Origin: Longimicrobiales bacterium
Lineage (GTDB): Bacteria; Gemmatimonadota; Gemmatimonadetes; Longimicrobiales; Gaopeijiaceae
Assembly: GCA_965249725.1 (NCBI GenBank)
Contig: CBDFMQ010000002.1
Location: 1,920,001 to 1,984,000, forward strand
Reading direction: 5' to 3'
Length of the DNA stretch: 64,000 nucleotides
Under the pieces are notes generated by a model. That model was not told where the DNA came from and ran no database searches. It saw only the letters and a program-made list of their open reading frames with translations. This document shows positions 45,668 through 56,470 of the stretch, piece after piece (position 1 is the first letter of the stretch; the number at the start of each line of letters is the position of its first letter). The position numbers and the translations under genes are program-made.

Positions 45668-46621
45668 TCAGCTCTCGCCTCCAGCGGCGTCGGCAGTGCT
45701 CTCTTCCCTCCCAAAGGCACCGATCAGCTCCTGAATGTTGTCGACACCGCCCCCCTTGCCGTATCGGGCAAGGCCTCGCACCACGCGTTGCGCGGCCCGG
45801 GGGTCGGCGAAGGTCGCGGTGCCGATCTGGACCAACGACGCTCCGGCCAGGAGGTATTGGATCGCATCGTTCGCCTCCATGATCCCGCCCACACCCACCA
45901 GCGGGACCGACGTTCGTTGTCGGGCGCGGTGCACCGCATGGACCCCCACCGCGCGGAGGGCCGGGCCGGACAGGCCACCCGGGCCCGCCCCGAGGGCGGC
46001 ACCCCGCGAGTCGACGTCGATAATCAGGCCTGGCATCGTGTTCACCAGGGTGATGCCATCTGCCCCGGCGGCCTCGGCCGCCTCGGCCACCGGCCCGATG
46101 TCGGGGACGTTGGGCGCGAGCTTGACGAGCAGCGGCCGTTTCGTGAGTGCCCTGGCCCCTGTGACGACCTCGCGAAGCGCATCCGGGTCGAGCGCGAAGG
46201 GCAGTCCACCCAAACGTGTGTCGTTGGGGCACGAAAGATTGAGCTCGTAGCCCAGGAATCCCCCCACGGACTCGAGGGCTTCGACGATGCGCCAATACTC
46301 GTCTGCGACATGTCCGGCAACGCTCACGAAGATCTGCAGACCGGAGAGATGCTCCTTCATCCAGGGCAGCTTCTCTTCGCATACCTTCGCGACGCCCGGG
46401 TTGGCCAGGCCAATGGAGTTCAGCATGCTATTGCCCGCCTCGACCACCCGCGGTGCCGGGTTGCCCGCCCGCGGCTCCAACGTGACCGACTTGGTCACGA
46501 TGCCCCCTAACGCATCCAGGTCGAGAACGTCTCTCAGCTCCTCCCCAAAGCCGCAAGTGCCCGCGGCCAGGAGCACGGGATTCCTGAAGGTCGCCCCGAA
46601 GAGGGTCTGATCTAGTCGCAT
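45668..46621 (-). CDS. pyrD: Dihydroorotate dehydrogenase (family 1)
   Basis: AAGT.G, NSIGLANPG, ELNLSCPN and GGLSGPA motifs. Confidence 0.95.
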   Translation of the reverse strand: MRLDQTLFGATFRNPVLLAAGTCGFGEELRDVLDLDALGGIVTKSVTLEPRAGNPAPRVVEAGNSMLNSIGLANPGVAKVCEEKLPWMKEHLSGLQIFVSVAGHVADEYWRIVEALESVGGFLGYELNLSCPNDTRLGGLPFALDPDALREVVTGARALTKRPLLVKLAPNVPDIGPVAEAAEAAGADGITLVNTMPGLIIDVDSRGAALGAGPGGLSGPALRAVGVHAVHRARQRTSVPLVGVGGIMEANDAIQYLLAGASLVQIGTATFADPRAAQRVVRGLARYGKGGGVDNIQELIGAFGREESTADAAGGES

Positions 46622-46637
46622 GTGTCCGTCGATGAAG

Positions 46638-48041
46638 TCATCCGCCGGGTCCACCCACCAAGAGTCGTCGGGCCTCCAACTCCTCGTCGGCCCGGGACAG
46701 GATCTCGTCCAGGCCTGCCTGCAGTCGGGCCTCAAGGTCGGTCAGGTCCGGTCCCTCGTCACCCCGACGAGCATAGCGCACGTAGGCGTTTCCCGGGAGT
46801 GCCCGCAGGCGTCCGTCGAGCCGCTCGCGCTCCTCCGGGCTCACTTCCAGAGCCCGAGCCGCCAGCAACGCCTTACCGGACCATGCGGACTCTTCCGGGT
46901 CGTCGGCATAGCTCCGGAACAAGGCCGCAGCGATTCGAGGGGCGTCGAGAACATCCCTGGCGATCTCTGCCGCGGCGAAGTAAGCGAATCGCTCTCCTAC
47001 CCGCCCGTATTCCACGAGGAGCTCCACCCTACGCATGCCGTTCAGGAGTTCCTGAGCCTCTCCGTAGGCGACCGCCGGCAGGAGGACCGACCTCGCCAGG
47101 TCGAAACCCTCCACCCGGTCCGCATCGGCCAGGCCCCATCGTGCCAGGGTCACGCGGGCATCGAACGCCTGCTCTCCTACTCCCCCTCCGACGCGACGCG
47201 CATCGGCCAGGGCACGGATCGTGTCACCGGCCTGGTATGCGAACCGGGCTCTGGTCATCAGCAGCCTGTCCCTCTCGGTGCGAGACCAGCGTGCCCGCTC
47301 GGCATTGACCATGACGTCCACGGACACCGCCGGGCTCCACCGCTCCGCCGCCCGGTGCAGAAGTCGGCGGATGGAGTCGCCGTAGACCCGGGCATTGCTC
47401 GTGAAGATGAGGGTCTGGACACCGCCCAGGGTCCTGGCCGAATCTCCGAGCGCGATACCCCAGATCAGGCGCTCCAGGCCGGCGGGAGCCACATGGGTAC
47501 GGTGTGCTTCCGCCGCGCGGTCCAGATCCCACCATCCCTGGTCTACGTATCCCTGTTGGAGCAGCGCCCGCGCGCGCCAGAGGTGGCCTTCGGCCTTGAT
47601 CAGCCGATCCGTGACCGTGACGAGAGCCTCGTCCAGGAGGGGGGCGCCGAGGGCCGGCCGGCCCGACGCAACGTCCACGGCACCCAGGTAAAGCGTCGCC
47701 TGCCGACGCACGACGGGGTCGCCGCTTACAGTCAGAACGCGTTCGAGCGCCTCTTCGGCGCTGCGGAGCGATCCCCTTCGGAGTTGAGCTTGACCGATGA
47801 GCAGCAAGGCGTCGTCAGACCACTTGCCCTCTTGGTCCTCCGCGTACGCTTCCGTGGCCTTGTCGATGACTTCGTCGTAGCGCTCGGCCAACGCAGTGTC
47901 CTGCCCGGCCAAGCGAGCCAGTTCGGTCTCTCGGTACAGCTCCTTCGCGTTGTACATCGTGTTGAAGTACACGCATCCGGACAGGACTCCGGATGCGACC
48001 GCGGAGAGAATCAGAGCCCGCAAGGCAGGTGCCGGACTCAC
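46638..48041 (-). CDS. TPR-like lipoprotein
   Basis: LSGC lipobox, YFNTMYNA, helical repeats. Confidence 0.75.
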   Translation of the reverse strand: MSPAPALRALILSAVASGVLSGCVYFNTMYNAKELYRETELARLAGQDTALAERYDEVIDKATEAYAEDQEGKWSDDALLLIGQAQLRRGSLRSAEEALERVLTVSGDPVVRRQATLYLGAVDVASGRPALGAPLLDEALVTVTDRLIKAEGHLWRARALLQQGYVDQGWWDLDRAAEAHRTHVAPAGLERLIWGIALGDSARTLGGVQTLIFTSNARVYGDSIRRLLHRAAERWSPAVSVDVMVNAERARWSRTERDRLLMTRARFAYQAGDTIRALADARRVGGGVGEQAFDARVTLARWGLADADRVEGFDLARSVLLPAVAYGEAQELLNGMRRVELLVEYGRVGERFAYFAAAEIARDVLDAPRIAAALFRSYADDPEESAWSGKALLAARALEVSPEERERLDGRLRALPGNAYVRYARRGDEGPDLTDLEARLQAGLDEILSRADEELEARRLLVGGPGG

Positions 48042-49396
48042 GGTCGAGGGCCGGTGACGGTCTCGCCCTGCCCGGGTGGGTAACGCTCGAAGAAGTCGCG
48101 GATGGCGCGCGCCATGGCGTCCGCGAGCTGCGCCTGAAACTCGCCTCGCGAAAGCAGTCGTTCTTCCTCACGATTCGTAACGAACCCTACCTCGACGAGC
48201 ACCGCCGGCATGAGGGCGTTCGTGATCACCGCCAACGGAGCCTGCTTGACCCCACGACTCGGTCCTGGATGCACGGTCTCCAGTTGTCTCTGCACACCCT
48301 CCGCTAGCAAGGAGGACCAGTGCGTGTGATCCAGATTGCGGAGCTCCCTGAGGATGAACCCGAGGTCCTCTTGGTCTTCCTGGATCGCTCCGTCCTCCCG
48401 ATCGATCTGTAGCGGGGCATTCTCGTTGGCCGCCACCCGGCGTTCGTGCTCCGTGCGTGCATCCGAGAGGAAGTAGGTTTCGAAGCCGCGGACCGCTCCC
48501 CGGTTCGGCAGCGCATTCGCATGGATCGAGACGAAGACACCGGGGCGGTCACCCTTCCACTCGGTGGCGAGCTCACCACGCTCCCAAAGCGGAACGAGGA
48601 CGTCGCGGTCCCTGGTGAGGTGCACCTCCAGCGTCTCGTCTCCGCGGAGCTCCCGGGCGAGGGCCCGGCCAACGGCCAGAGCGATGTCCTTCTCACGCCG
48701 TCCGCCGGGTCCCGACGTCCCAGGATCCCTGCCACCATGTCCCGGATCGATGATGACCACTCGCTTGACCGGTAGTGCGGCCTCGGCCTCCGCATCGCCG
48801 AGGGGAGCCGCGGCGTCCTCCTCAGGCATCGGGTCGCCACTTGGAGCGGTCGGGGTTGTGGCGACGCCTGCCGCCTCCTCGGGGGGCATGGTCGGAACGT
48901 CGGACGCCAGCCCGGCCCAGACCGCGGCATCCCGAATGTGCAGGGCCCCCACGTCCGAGACGTATGCGTACGTCTCCTCGAGCCGAACAGGCAGAAAATC
49001 CAGAACGAACTGGAGGGGCACGTGCACGGCCCCTTCCACCTCGAAGGGCACGTCTACGAGCTGGAGTACCTGTCGGTTCCACCGGAAGAGCGGCACCCCG
49101 AACGAGAATTCGACCACCGACCCGCCATCCACGGTCGTGGCCCGCAGCCCGGTGTGGCTCGATTCCAGCGCCCAACCCAGCCCCCTCAGAGTCGCTCCGC
49201 TGAGCGAGGCATACCCGCGGGAGCGGTCAATCGGCAGCGATGCCGTAGCACCGTCCGGTCCTCGAACCGCGAGCAGATCCGTACCCTGGGCTCGACCGTC
49301 CTGAGGAAGCGCACCCGTCCCGACGGCGACGGCGGCCATCCAACAAACCAAACCAGGTGCGAACCCGACCCGCGAGAATCCGGATCGCGGCCTCAT
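48038..49396 (-). CDS. N-acetylmuramoyl-L-alanine amidase (Amidase_3)
   Basis: IDPGHGG.DPG, FVSIHAN and PAVLVEVGF motifs. Confidence 0.95.
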   Translation of the reverse strand: MRPRSGFSRVGFAPGLVCWMAAVAVGTGALPQDGRAQGTDLLAVRGPDGATASLPIDRSRGYASLSGATLRGLGWALESSHTGLRATTVDGGSVVEFSFGVPLFRWNRQVLQLVDVPFEVEGAVHVPLQFVLDFLPVRLEETYAYVSDVGALHIRDAAVWAGLASDVPTMPPEEAAGVATTPTAPSGDPMPEEDAAAPLGDAEAEAALPVKRVVIIDPGHGGRDPGTSGPGGRREKDIALAVGRALARELRGDETLEVHLTRDRDVLVPLWERGELATEWKGDRPGVFVSIHANALPNRGAVRGFETYFLSDARTEHERRVAANENAPLQIDREDGAIQEDQEDLGFILRELRNLDHTHWSSLLAEGVQRQLETVHPGPSRGVKQAPLAVITNALMPAVLVEVGFVTNREEERLLSRGEFQAQLADAMARAIRDFFERYPPGQGETVTGPRP

Positions 49397-49857
49397 CCGT
49401 GCTTGTCCATGGCCCGCCGGGCCTCTCGTTCCTGTGTCTGCCGCTTGAGCTTCTCGCGCTTGTCGTAGAGGCGACGGCCCCGCGCTACGGCCAGCGTCAC
49501 CTTGGCGTTCCCACGGCGGAAATAGACCTCCAGAGGCACGAGCGTGAGTCCCTTTTCCTCGACCTTGCCCACCAGGCGCCGTATTTCGTCGCGGTTCAAG
49601 AGTAGCTTGCGTGCACGATCAGGATCCACGTTGGCCCGGTTGGCTTGTTCGTAGGGGGCAATGTGGAGGCTGTAGAGCCAGACCTCGCCACGCTCGATGC
49701 GAGCGAAGGAGTCGCGAAACGCGACCTGGCCAGCCCGAAGGGACTTCACCTCGGGGCCCTTCAGCACGATGCCCGCCTCGTACGTATCGAGGATCTCGAA
49801 CTCGTGGCGGGCCTTCCGATTCCGATCCACTACTTTTCGGCCGTTTTCTTCGCTCAA
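49393..49857 (-). CDS. smpB: SsrA-binding protein
   Basis: NRKARHEF, EAGIVL.G.EVKSLR and YDKRE motifs. Confidence 0.98.
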   Translation of the reverse strand: MSEENGRKVVDRNRKARHEFEILDTYEAGIVLKGPEVKSLRAGQVAFRDSFARIERGEVWLYSLHIAPYEQANRANVDPDRARKLLLNRDEIRRLVGKVEEKGLTLVPLEVYFRRGNAKVTLAVARGRRLYDKREKLKRQTQEREARRAMDKHG

Positions 49858-49867
49858 GTGGCGAGCC

Positions 49868-50791
49868 TCACGTAGATCCTCCCAGGGCGGTCTGGATTTG
49901 CACCTTTCGCGCTTTGCGCATGGTGTAAACCTGGGCGATTTCTCCGCTCAGAATAAACACTACCGATGCGTAATAGATCCAGAAGAACAAGACTACCAAG
50001 GTGGTCAGATTCCCATACGTGGAGCGGTAGTCCGCCACCGACGTGGCGTACCATCCGAATCCCCACTTCATGACTTCGTAGGACAACGCCATGACGGTCG
50101 CGGCCAGCCACGTCGTTCGCCACTGAATCCGTCGAGCCGGTACGTACCAATAGATCAGGGCGAAGAGTGCCCAAATCGAGGTGAAGGCCAGAAGAGCCGC
50201 CAGCCACCGCTGAGTGGTGCCCAGGAAGTCCGCGGGAACGCCGATCAGCCCCGCGCCCCAGCCGCCAAGGGACTGGAGAATGACGGTGATCAGCACGTTG
50301 AGGAGGAGCAGAACCCCGCCGATGACCACGAACTGGACGTCGAAGAGCTTGCCCCTGAGAATGCCTCGGTCCGCCGCGATGTCGAAGACCTCCCGCAGAG
50401 CGGACCGCAACGTGCTGACGAGTCGAGTGGCCAGCCAAATGAAGAGGAGAGAGCCCACCACCGAGTATCCTGCACGGCCCGCGACCAGGCCATTGATCGC
50501 CGATCCCAACTCGGCCATCAGGTCGATGTCACCGCCGACGGTGGGGATGTAGTTCTCCAGCAGGCGAACGATGACTTCCGACGGGTCGCCATAACGGGCA
50601 CGCAGCACGTACCCCCAGAGCCCCACGATCAGCAGAAACAGGGGCACGACCGCGATCAACAGGTTGTAGCTGATCGCGCCCGCCATGAAGAAGACGTTGT
50701 CCTCGGCGGACTTCTGGTACACGCGGTGCCAGAATTCCCTGAAGCGATTGCGGCGCGAGCCGAGTGGGGTCCCTGTCCCTGGTCCCGTCAC
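49868..50791 (-). CDS. YihY/virulence factor BrkB family protein
   Basis: 'AGAISY..L..VP', 'YRSTYG..L..FWIYY..GE'; six TM segments. Confidence 0.9.
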   Translation of the reverse strand: MTGPGTGTPLGSRRNRFREFWHRVYQKSAEDNVFFMAGAISYNLLIAVVPLFLLIVGLWGYVLRARYGDPSEVIVRLLENYIPTVGGDIDLMAELGSAINGLVAGRAGYSVVGSLLFIWLATRLVSTLRSALREVFDIAADRGILRGKLFDVQFVVIGGVLLLLNVLITVILQSLGGWGAGLIGVPADFLGTTQRWLAALLAFTSIWALFALIYWYVPARRIQWRTTWLAATVMALSYEVMKWGFGWYATSVADYRSTYGNLTTLVVLFFWIYYASVVFILSGEIAQVYTMRKARKVQIQTALGGST

Positions 50792-50828
50792 GAGGGTCCC
50801 GGGTAACCCGGGTCTCCCGAGTCAGCCA

Positions 50829-51266
50829 CTACTTTGCGGCGGCCTCCTCAGAGGGACCGTCCCCGTCCTCGTCTGCTCCCACCGCCTCCTTCGCAGCCGC
50901 TATGCCGGCTCTGGCCGCCGCCTTGGACCGCTCGAGCCGCTCCTCGAGGTCGCCGCGCGCCTCCATTGCGGCCTCTCGCCCCGTCTCGACCGCATCCTTG
51001 ACGAGTCCCACTCGGGTCTGCACGCCGTCCCTGACGGTGTCCATTCGGTCCTCGAGAGTGCTTTGCGCCTCACGCATACGCTCTTCGGCGGCGATACGGA
51101 GTTTCTGGGCTCGCTCTCTGATCTCCTCCTGGGTTTCCTCTCCGGACTGCGGAGCGAAGAGAAGAGCTAGCCCCGCGCCTACAAGGGCACCCAGGAAGAA
51201 AGAACCGAATCCCCCGCCGCTGTCCCGCTCGACGATGATGTAAGGCAGGTCGTCTTGATTACGCAT
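50829..51266 (-). CDS. YtxH domain protein
   Basis: FFLGALVGAGLALLFAPQSGEET. Confidence 0.92.
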   Translation of the reverse strand: MRNQDDLPYIIVERDSGGGFGSFFLGALVGAGLALLFAPQSGEETQEEIRERAQKLRIAAEERMREAQSTLEDRMDTVRDGVQTRVGLVKDAVETGREAAMEARGDLEERLERSKAAARAGIAAAKEAVGADEDGDGPSEEAAAK

Positions 51267-51398
51267 CGGATCCACTCCTGTGTGCTTCGATCGGCTGCAG
51301 ACAAAGGGCCTACCGCCATCCCTAAGATATCGCGCTACGGCGGAGGATCACAGGACCCGGAGCTCGACCCGGATCGCCCATGCTCGTTCGGCGAACCC

Positions 51399-52805
51399 CT
51401 ACACCCTCCAGCGCGCGTCGGGCGCGGGAAGCTCGGGCACATCGTGACCGGAACGGCCCATGAGTCCGTAGGTCAGCTTCTTCCCCAGCTCGACGCCCGG
51501 CTGATCCAGCGGATTCACTCCGTAGAGGGCGCCCGCGTACACGGTCGCGATGGACATCAGCATGAAGAGTTCGCCGAGGGACTCCGCGTCGAGCGTGTCC
51601 ATCTCGAAGGTCATGCTCGGGCGACCGCCTCTACGCAGGGCTTCGGCCGTGGCTCTGCGTTCGGCATCGAGTAGCGCCCCGAGGCCGTGTCCCCCGAGAT
51701 ACCCGACGGATGCCATGCCGGACCGGTGCTCGGCGATCTCCAGATCATCCTCTCCAGAGGCCTCACCGGCTCCCGTGAGGGCCAGGAACATCACGACCTT
51801 GTCGCGAGGGCCTTCCATGAAGAGCTGCACCTGCGAATGCTGATCGGTGACCCCCACGGCCGGCAGCGGTGTCGGCCCGGAATGGACGGTGTTGCCAGCC
51901 AAATCCTTGACCTTTCCGAGCGACTCCGCCCACAACTGCTGGAACCAGGCGGAAAACGACCGCAGGCGGCTCGAATAGGGCATCATCACGTGGATCGACG
52001 CGCCCGACTCGATGTGATACGTGTGCAGGAGCGTGGCCATGAGCCCCGCCGGATTCTCACCGAGCACTGGATTGCGACAACGGTCGTCCGCCCGGGCGGC
52101 ACCGGCCAGGAGCGCCGCCACATCGATCCCGGCCACCGCGGCCGGGAGCAGACCCACGGGCGACAGAACGGAGAAGCGTCCTCCCACGTCGGGCGGGATC
52201 GGAAGGCTGGGAATACCCTCTCCCTCGGCGATGGCACGCAGTGGACCCTCGCCAGGATCGGTCGTAAACAGGAAGTGGCCCCGCGCCTTCTCGGGACCTA
52301 CCTCATCGATCAGCAGCCCCTCTACGACCAGATAGAGGGCCATGGTCTCGGCGGTGGATCCTGACTTGCTGACGACGTTGAAGAGCGTGCGCCGGATGTC
52401 GATGTGCCCGAGAAGATCCTGGACGCTCCGCGCATCGACGTTGTCGAGTACGTAGATACGGGGAAAGTGGTCGCGCGCCTCTTCGTCCATCTCGTTCCAC
52501 AGCGGCCCCAGAAGCGCGTCACGGAGCGTTCGGGTCCCCAGGGCCGACCCCCCGATCCCCAGAACCACCACATTCTCGAACCACTGCCCGTAGCCGTCGG
52601 CCAACTCCTGAGTACGAGCCACCGTCTCCGAGGCATAGGGTAGGTTGAAGAAGCCCATTTCGCCCGACGCGCGCGAGGCGTCCACGGCCTCGTAGGCCTC
52701 ACGGAACCGCTCGCCTAGATCGGTCTCGAGTCGTGCCGGGTCGATCCCCTCACCGCCGAGGTTGGGGGCGACCATGTTGGCGAAGTCGATCGTGATGGGG
52801 GTCAT
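51399..52805 (-). CDS. pgi: Glucose-6-phosphate isomerase
   Basis: GIGGSALG, SKSGSTAET, GGRFSV, WAESLGK and DQPGVELGK motifs. Confidence 0.96.
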   Translation of the reverse strand: MTPITIDFANMVAPNLGGEGIDPARLETDLGERFREAYEAVDASRASGEMGFFNLPYASETVARTQELADGYGQWFENVVVLGIGGSALGTRTLRDALLGPLWNEMDEEARDHFPRIYVLDNVDARSVQDLLGHIDIRRTLFNVVSKSGSTAETMALYLVVEGLLIDEVGPEKARGHFLFTTDPGEGPLRAIAEGEGIPSLPIPPDVGGRFSVLSPVGLLPAAVAGIDVAALLAGAARADDRCRNPVLGENPAGLMATLLHTYHIESGASIHVMMPYSSRLRSFSAWFQQLWAESLGKVKDLAGNTVHSGPTPLPAVGVTDQHSQVQLFMEGPRDKVVMFLALTGAGEASGEDDLEIAEHRSGMASVGYLGGHGLGALLDAERRATAEALRRGGRPSMTFEMDTLDAESLGELFMLMSIATVYAGALYGVNPLDQPGVELGKKLTYGLMGRSGHDVPELPAPDARWRV

Positions 52806-53581
52806 GGAATCTCGATGCTCAGTCCGTCGTACGCCGGAAGAACCCCTTCCGGCAGGCCGTCCAGCAGCTCCTGATGGCGTACACGATGGGTCAGATGGGT
52901 CAGATAGGTGCGCTCTGCCCCAACGGCCTGCGCTGCCTCCACCGCCTCCTCGACGTTGAAGTGGGTCGGGTGGGGACGGCCGAACCAGAGCGCGTTTAGG
53001 ACCAATACCCGGACGCCGCGCAGCGTCTCCATCGCGGCGTCGGGCAAGAATTTACCGTCCGTCACGTACCCGAGATCTCCCACGCGGAATCCGTACACCG
53101 AAACGGGCCCGTGCGGTACCGCCACGGGCTCGAACGAATGACCCAGGACCGTCACCGATTGCGAAGGCTCGAACGGGAGCAGCCGAATCTCCGGCTTGGT
53201 CGTGCCCTCGGGCGGGCGGTAGCCGTCGTCGAAGATGTACTGGAAGCGTAATCTGAGGAGGTCTTCGTACTCGCGCGGTACGTACGCCGAAAGGTCTTTA
53301 CGGCGACGGGCCGTAAAGACCCGCAGGTCGTCGATTCCGTGGATGTGGTCTGCGTGGGCATGGGTGTACCAAACGGCGTCTACGGCCTCGACTCCCGCGC
53401 TGAGCAGCTGCAACCGGAGTTCCGGCGGGGTGTCGACGAGAACGGTACCGCCCTCGAGCTCGAGGAGCGCACCATGCCGAGTCCGCCGATCCCGAGGATC
53501 ATCGGAGGTACACGCGTCGCAGTCACACCCAACGACGGGCACCCCGAACGACGTCCCGGTTCCCAGGAAAGTGAGCCTCAT
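52802..53581 (-). CDS. MBL-fold metallo-hydrolase (PhnP-like)
   Basis: LGTGTS.GVP.VGC.C..C and THAHADHIHG motifs. Confidence 0.93.
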   Translation of the reverse strand: MRLTFLGTGTSFGVPVVGCDCDACTSDDPRDRRTRHGALLELEGGTVLVDTPPELRLQLLSAGVEAVDAVWYTHAHADHIHGIDDLRVFTARRRKDLSAYVPREYEDLLRLRFQYIFDDGYRPPEGTTKPEIRLLPFEPSQSVTVLGHSFEPVAVPHGPVSVYGFRVGDLGYVTDGKFLPDAAMETLRGVRVLVLNALWFGRPHPTHFNVEEAVEAAQAVGAERTYLTHLTHRVRHQELLDGLPEGVLPAYDGLSIEIP

Positions 53582-53585
53582 ATGC

Positions 53586-55004
53586 TCAGAGCATCTCCAC
53601 CCGCATGGTGTTCGTGCTGCCCGATGTGTGGAACGGGTATCCGGACGTCACCACCACCGACTCTCCCCCGGTGCCCACACCCGCCGCGATCACCGCCTCC
53701 TTGCCGAAGTCCGTCAGGGCGTCGTAGGTGACCTCCTGGTCGACCGCCAACACGGGCCATACGCCCCACACTACGGACATCTGCCGGTACGTACGCTCGT
53801 CCGTGCAAACACAGAAGATCGGCACGGGGGGCCGATAGCTGGATACGAGCCGGGCCGAACGACCGCTCCGGGTGATCACGATCACGGCCGGAGCGTCGAT
53901 ACGGCGCGCCGACTCCACCGTGGCTGAGGCCACGGCGTGCTCACGATCCGTGGCGCCCCCCCTCGGCTGTGCATCGACGTCGGTATCGTACACGGGTCCG
54001 TGATCGAGGACGCCACTGGATTCGATCTCCCGCGTGATGCGCACCATGGCATCCACCGCGGCGAACGGGTGCTTTCCCACCGCCGTCTCGCCCGACAGCA
54101 TGATCGCGTCGGTCCCATCGAGAATGGCGTTGGCTACGTCGGAGGCCTCGGCCCTCGTGGGACGCGGGTTCTCGATCATGGACTCGAGCATCTGGGTCGC
54201 AGTGATCACCGGACGTCCAAAAGCGTTCGCGATCCGGACAATGCGCTTCTGGGCCAACGGCACCATCTCGAACGGCAGCTCGACTCCCAGATCGCCCCGC
54301 GCGACCATGACCGCGTCGGACGCCGCGATGATGGCGTCGAGGTCGTCGAGCGCACGAGCCATCTCGATCTTGGCCACGACGAGGGCCGACGTACCCACCC
54401 TGTCCTTGAGTTCCCGAACGTCCGCACCCTTCCGGACGAAAGAGAGCCCGACGTACTCGACGCCCTCGCCCAACGCGAAATCGAGGTCGAGGAGGTCTTT
54501 GGGTGTCAGGGAGGGCGCTTGTACATCGATGCCCGGGAGATTGAGTCCCTTTTGGCTCTTCAGCAGCCCGCCTCGGACGACGACGAACGAGGCCCTCTGC
54601 CCGGCGGCTTCGACACATTCGAGCTCGAGAAGACCGTCGTCGAGTAGAATGTGGTCGCCCGGCTGCAGATCCTGCGCCAGGTGCTTGTGCGTGGTCGGGA
54701 TGTCACCTGGCCGGACCGCACCCTCCGGCGCGATCGTGACGCGCTGACCGGGGTCGAGCTCCATCGGCGCGGCCAACTCCCCCACTCGGATCTTGGGGCC
54801 CGCCAGATCGGCAAGGAGGGCCAGAGGGCGGTCCAATTCCTCGGCCGCCGCCCGGAGGTGCCCGATGACCGCCTCATGACCCTCGTGGTCACCATGCGAC
54901 ATGTTGAGGCGCGCCACGTCCATGCCACCCTCCACCAGCAAGCGAACGCTCTCGGGGGACGACGTAGCCGGGCCCAGTGTGCAGACGATCTTGGTGCGAA
55001 GCAT
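53586..55004 (-). CDS. pyk: Pyruvate kinase
   Basis: TKIVCTLGPA, VMVARGDLGVE, ATQMLESM and MLSGETA motifs. Confidence 0.98.
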   Translation of the reverse strand: MLRTKIVCTLGPATSSPESVRLLVEGGMDVARLNMSHGDHEGHEAVIGHLRAAAEELDRPLALLADLAGPKIRVGELAAPMELDPGQRVTIAPEGAVRPGDIPTTHKHLAQDLQPGDHILLDDGLLELECVEAAGQRASFVVVRGGLLKSQKGLNLPGIDVQAPSLTPKDLLDLDFALGEGVEYVGLSFVRKGADVRELKDRVGTSALVVAKIEMARALDDLDAIIAASDAVMVARGDLGVELPFEMVPLAQKRIVRIANAFGRPVITATQMLESMIENPRPTRAEASDVANAILDGTDAIMLSGETAVGKHPFAAVDAMVRITREIESSGVLDHGPVYDTDVDAQPRGGATDREHAVASATVESARRIDAPAVIVITRSGRSARLVSSYRPPVPIFCVCTDERTYRQMSVVWGVWPVLAVDQEVTYDALTDFGKEAVIAAGVGTGGESVVVTSGYPFHTSGSTNTMRVEML

Positions 55005-55176
55005 CCGTTTGGTCACGACGGCGCAAGGGAATGAGGCGAGTCGGCGCCTCTTCGAGGGTCTGTTCAAGCTCACGCTGGGCGAACGGTCGGGCAAGGCTCG
55101 TCCAGCTCCCCCATCCAGCACCCGCACCCAGCCCATCGCTTGCGTTCCGGGCCTGCCGGGCCGAACCTGCGTGCCA

Positions 55177-56325
55177 ATGACATTCGAACTGATCACAGAC
55201 CCGCGTGGCGTCGAGGAGTTGGCCAGCGTCCTGGCCGACGAGCCCCGTCTGGCCATCGACCTCGAGGCCGCCGGCTTCCACCGCTACTCCGATCGGGTCT
55301 GCCTCATCCAGGTGAGCGCCTCCGATGGGACCCACGTGGTCGATACCCTCACCGTGGACCCGTCCCCTGCCCTTCGGGCCCCCCTCGAGTCACCCGATGT
55401 GCGGGTCCTCCTGCACGGAGGAGACTTCGACCTACGACTCCTGGACCGGGATCTGGACCTGCACCCGGTCAACCTGTTCGACACCCAGACCGCGGCCGCC
55501 CTTCTCGGAGAGGCCTCTCTGGGACTCGCTTCACTCCTGGAGACGTACTTCGACGTGCGTCTCTCCAAGAAGTATCAACGCGCCGATTGGGCTCAGCGGC
55601 CCCTGTCGACGGAGATGCTCGAGTACGCCGCCTCGGACACCCAGTACCTCCACGCCCTGGCCGACCTGCTCGGTGAACGCCTGGAGACCCTGGGCCGGCT
55701 GGCCTGGGCGGAGGAGGAATCGACGCTCATGGAGTCGATCCGCTGGAGTGAAGACGGCAAGACCGACCCCGTGACGCGCGTGAAGAAGGCCCGCTACTTG
55801 GACCTTCGTGACGTCGCGCTACTCCGGGAGGCGTGGCTCTGGCGGGACGAGATCGCTCGAAAGAGGGACCGGGCGCCATTCAGGGTCGCCGCCGACCCCG
55901 TGCTTCTCGAGATCGTAGCGACCCGTCCCGGCGACGTCGCGGCGTTGGCCGCCACGAGCGGTTTCTCTCCCCAGCTCGCCGAGCGTTCGGGCAAGGCGCT
56001 CCTCACACGTCTAGAGCAGGTGGACCGGATGGAGGATGCCGACCTGCTGGGCTACCCGCGCACCGCGCGGTCGGGTCCCGGCCGGCCGCCGCCAGAGGTC
56101 GAAGAGGTGGCGGAGCGACTAAAAGTCGTGCGGAACCGGTGCTCCGACGAGCTCGGGATCGCCCGAGGCACACTGGCCTCCAACACCGTGTTGCTCGAGA
56201 TCGCCCGTGCGGGCCCGCAGAACGCTACGGAGCTGCTTGCCGTCCAGGGTGTGCGGCGTTGGCAGGTCGAGGCCCTCGGCGACGCGTTGGTACAGGCGCT
56301 GACGGACGGCGCTCCCCCGGCCTAG
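55177..56325 (+). CDS. rnd: Ribonuclease D
   Basis: AIDLE, CLIQ, FDTQ and YAASD (DEDDy) motifs, plus HRDC domains. Confidence 0.9.
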   Translation: MTFELITDPRGVEELASVLADEPRLAIDLEAAGFHRYSDRVCLIQVSASDGTHVVDTLTVDPSPALRAPLESPDVRVLLHGGDFDLRLLDRDLDLHPVNLFDTQTAAALLGEASLGLASLLETYFDVRLSKKYQRADWAQRPLSTEMLEYAASDTQYLHALADLLGERLETLGRLAWAEEESTLMESIRWSEDGKTDPVTRVKKARYLDLRDVALLREAWLWRDEIARKRDRAPFRVAADPVLLEIVATRPGDVAALAATSGFSPQLAERSGKALLTRLEQVDRMEDADLLGYPRTARSGPGRPPPEVEEVAERLKVVRNRCSDELGIARGTLASNTVLLEIARAGPQNATELLAVQGVRRWQVEALGDALVQALTDGAPPA

Positions 56326-56391
56326 CCCGCTGGGAATCCCAACACGCCGGAAGTCCCCAAGCCTCGGGGACCCCTGAAGAACAAGACCCCC

Positions 56392-56427
56392 AAAAGAGAA
56401 AACCCGCCCGAATCGCTTCGGGCGGGT
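56392..56427 (-). terminator. Intrinsic terminator downstream of the DksA-like gene
   Basis: ACCCGCCCGAA/TTCGGGCGGGT stem followed by T-rich sequence on the minus strand. Confidence 0.7.
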
Positions 56428-56470
56428 CTCATATCCGGAAAGCAGTAGGCCGTCAGGCCGCCTCTTGGCG

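Noticed and set aside
44910..46382. 490-aa PyrF with a long N-terminal extension
   Set aside because: The extension overlaps pyrD in another frame; the real start is ATG 45665.
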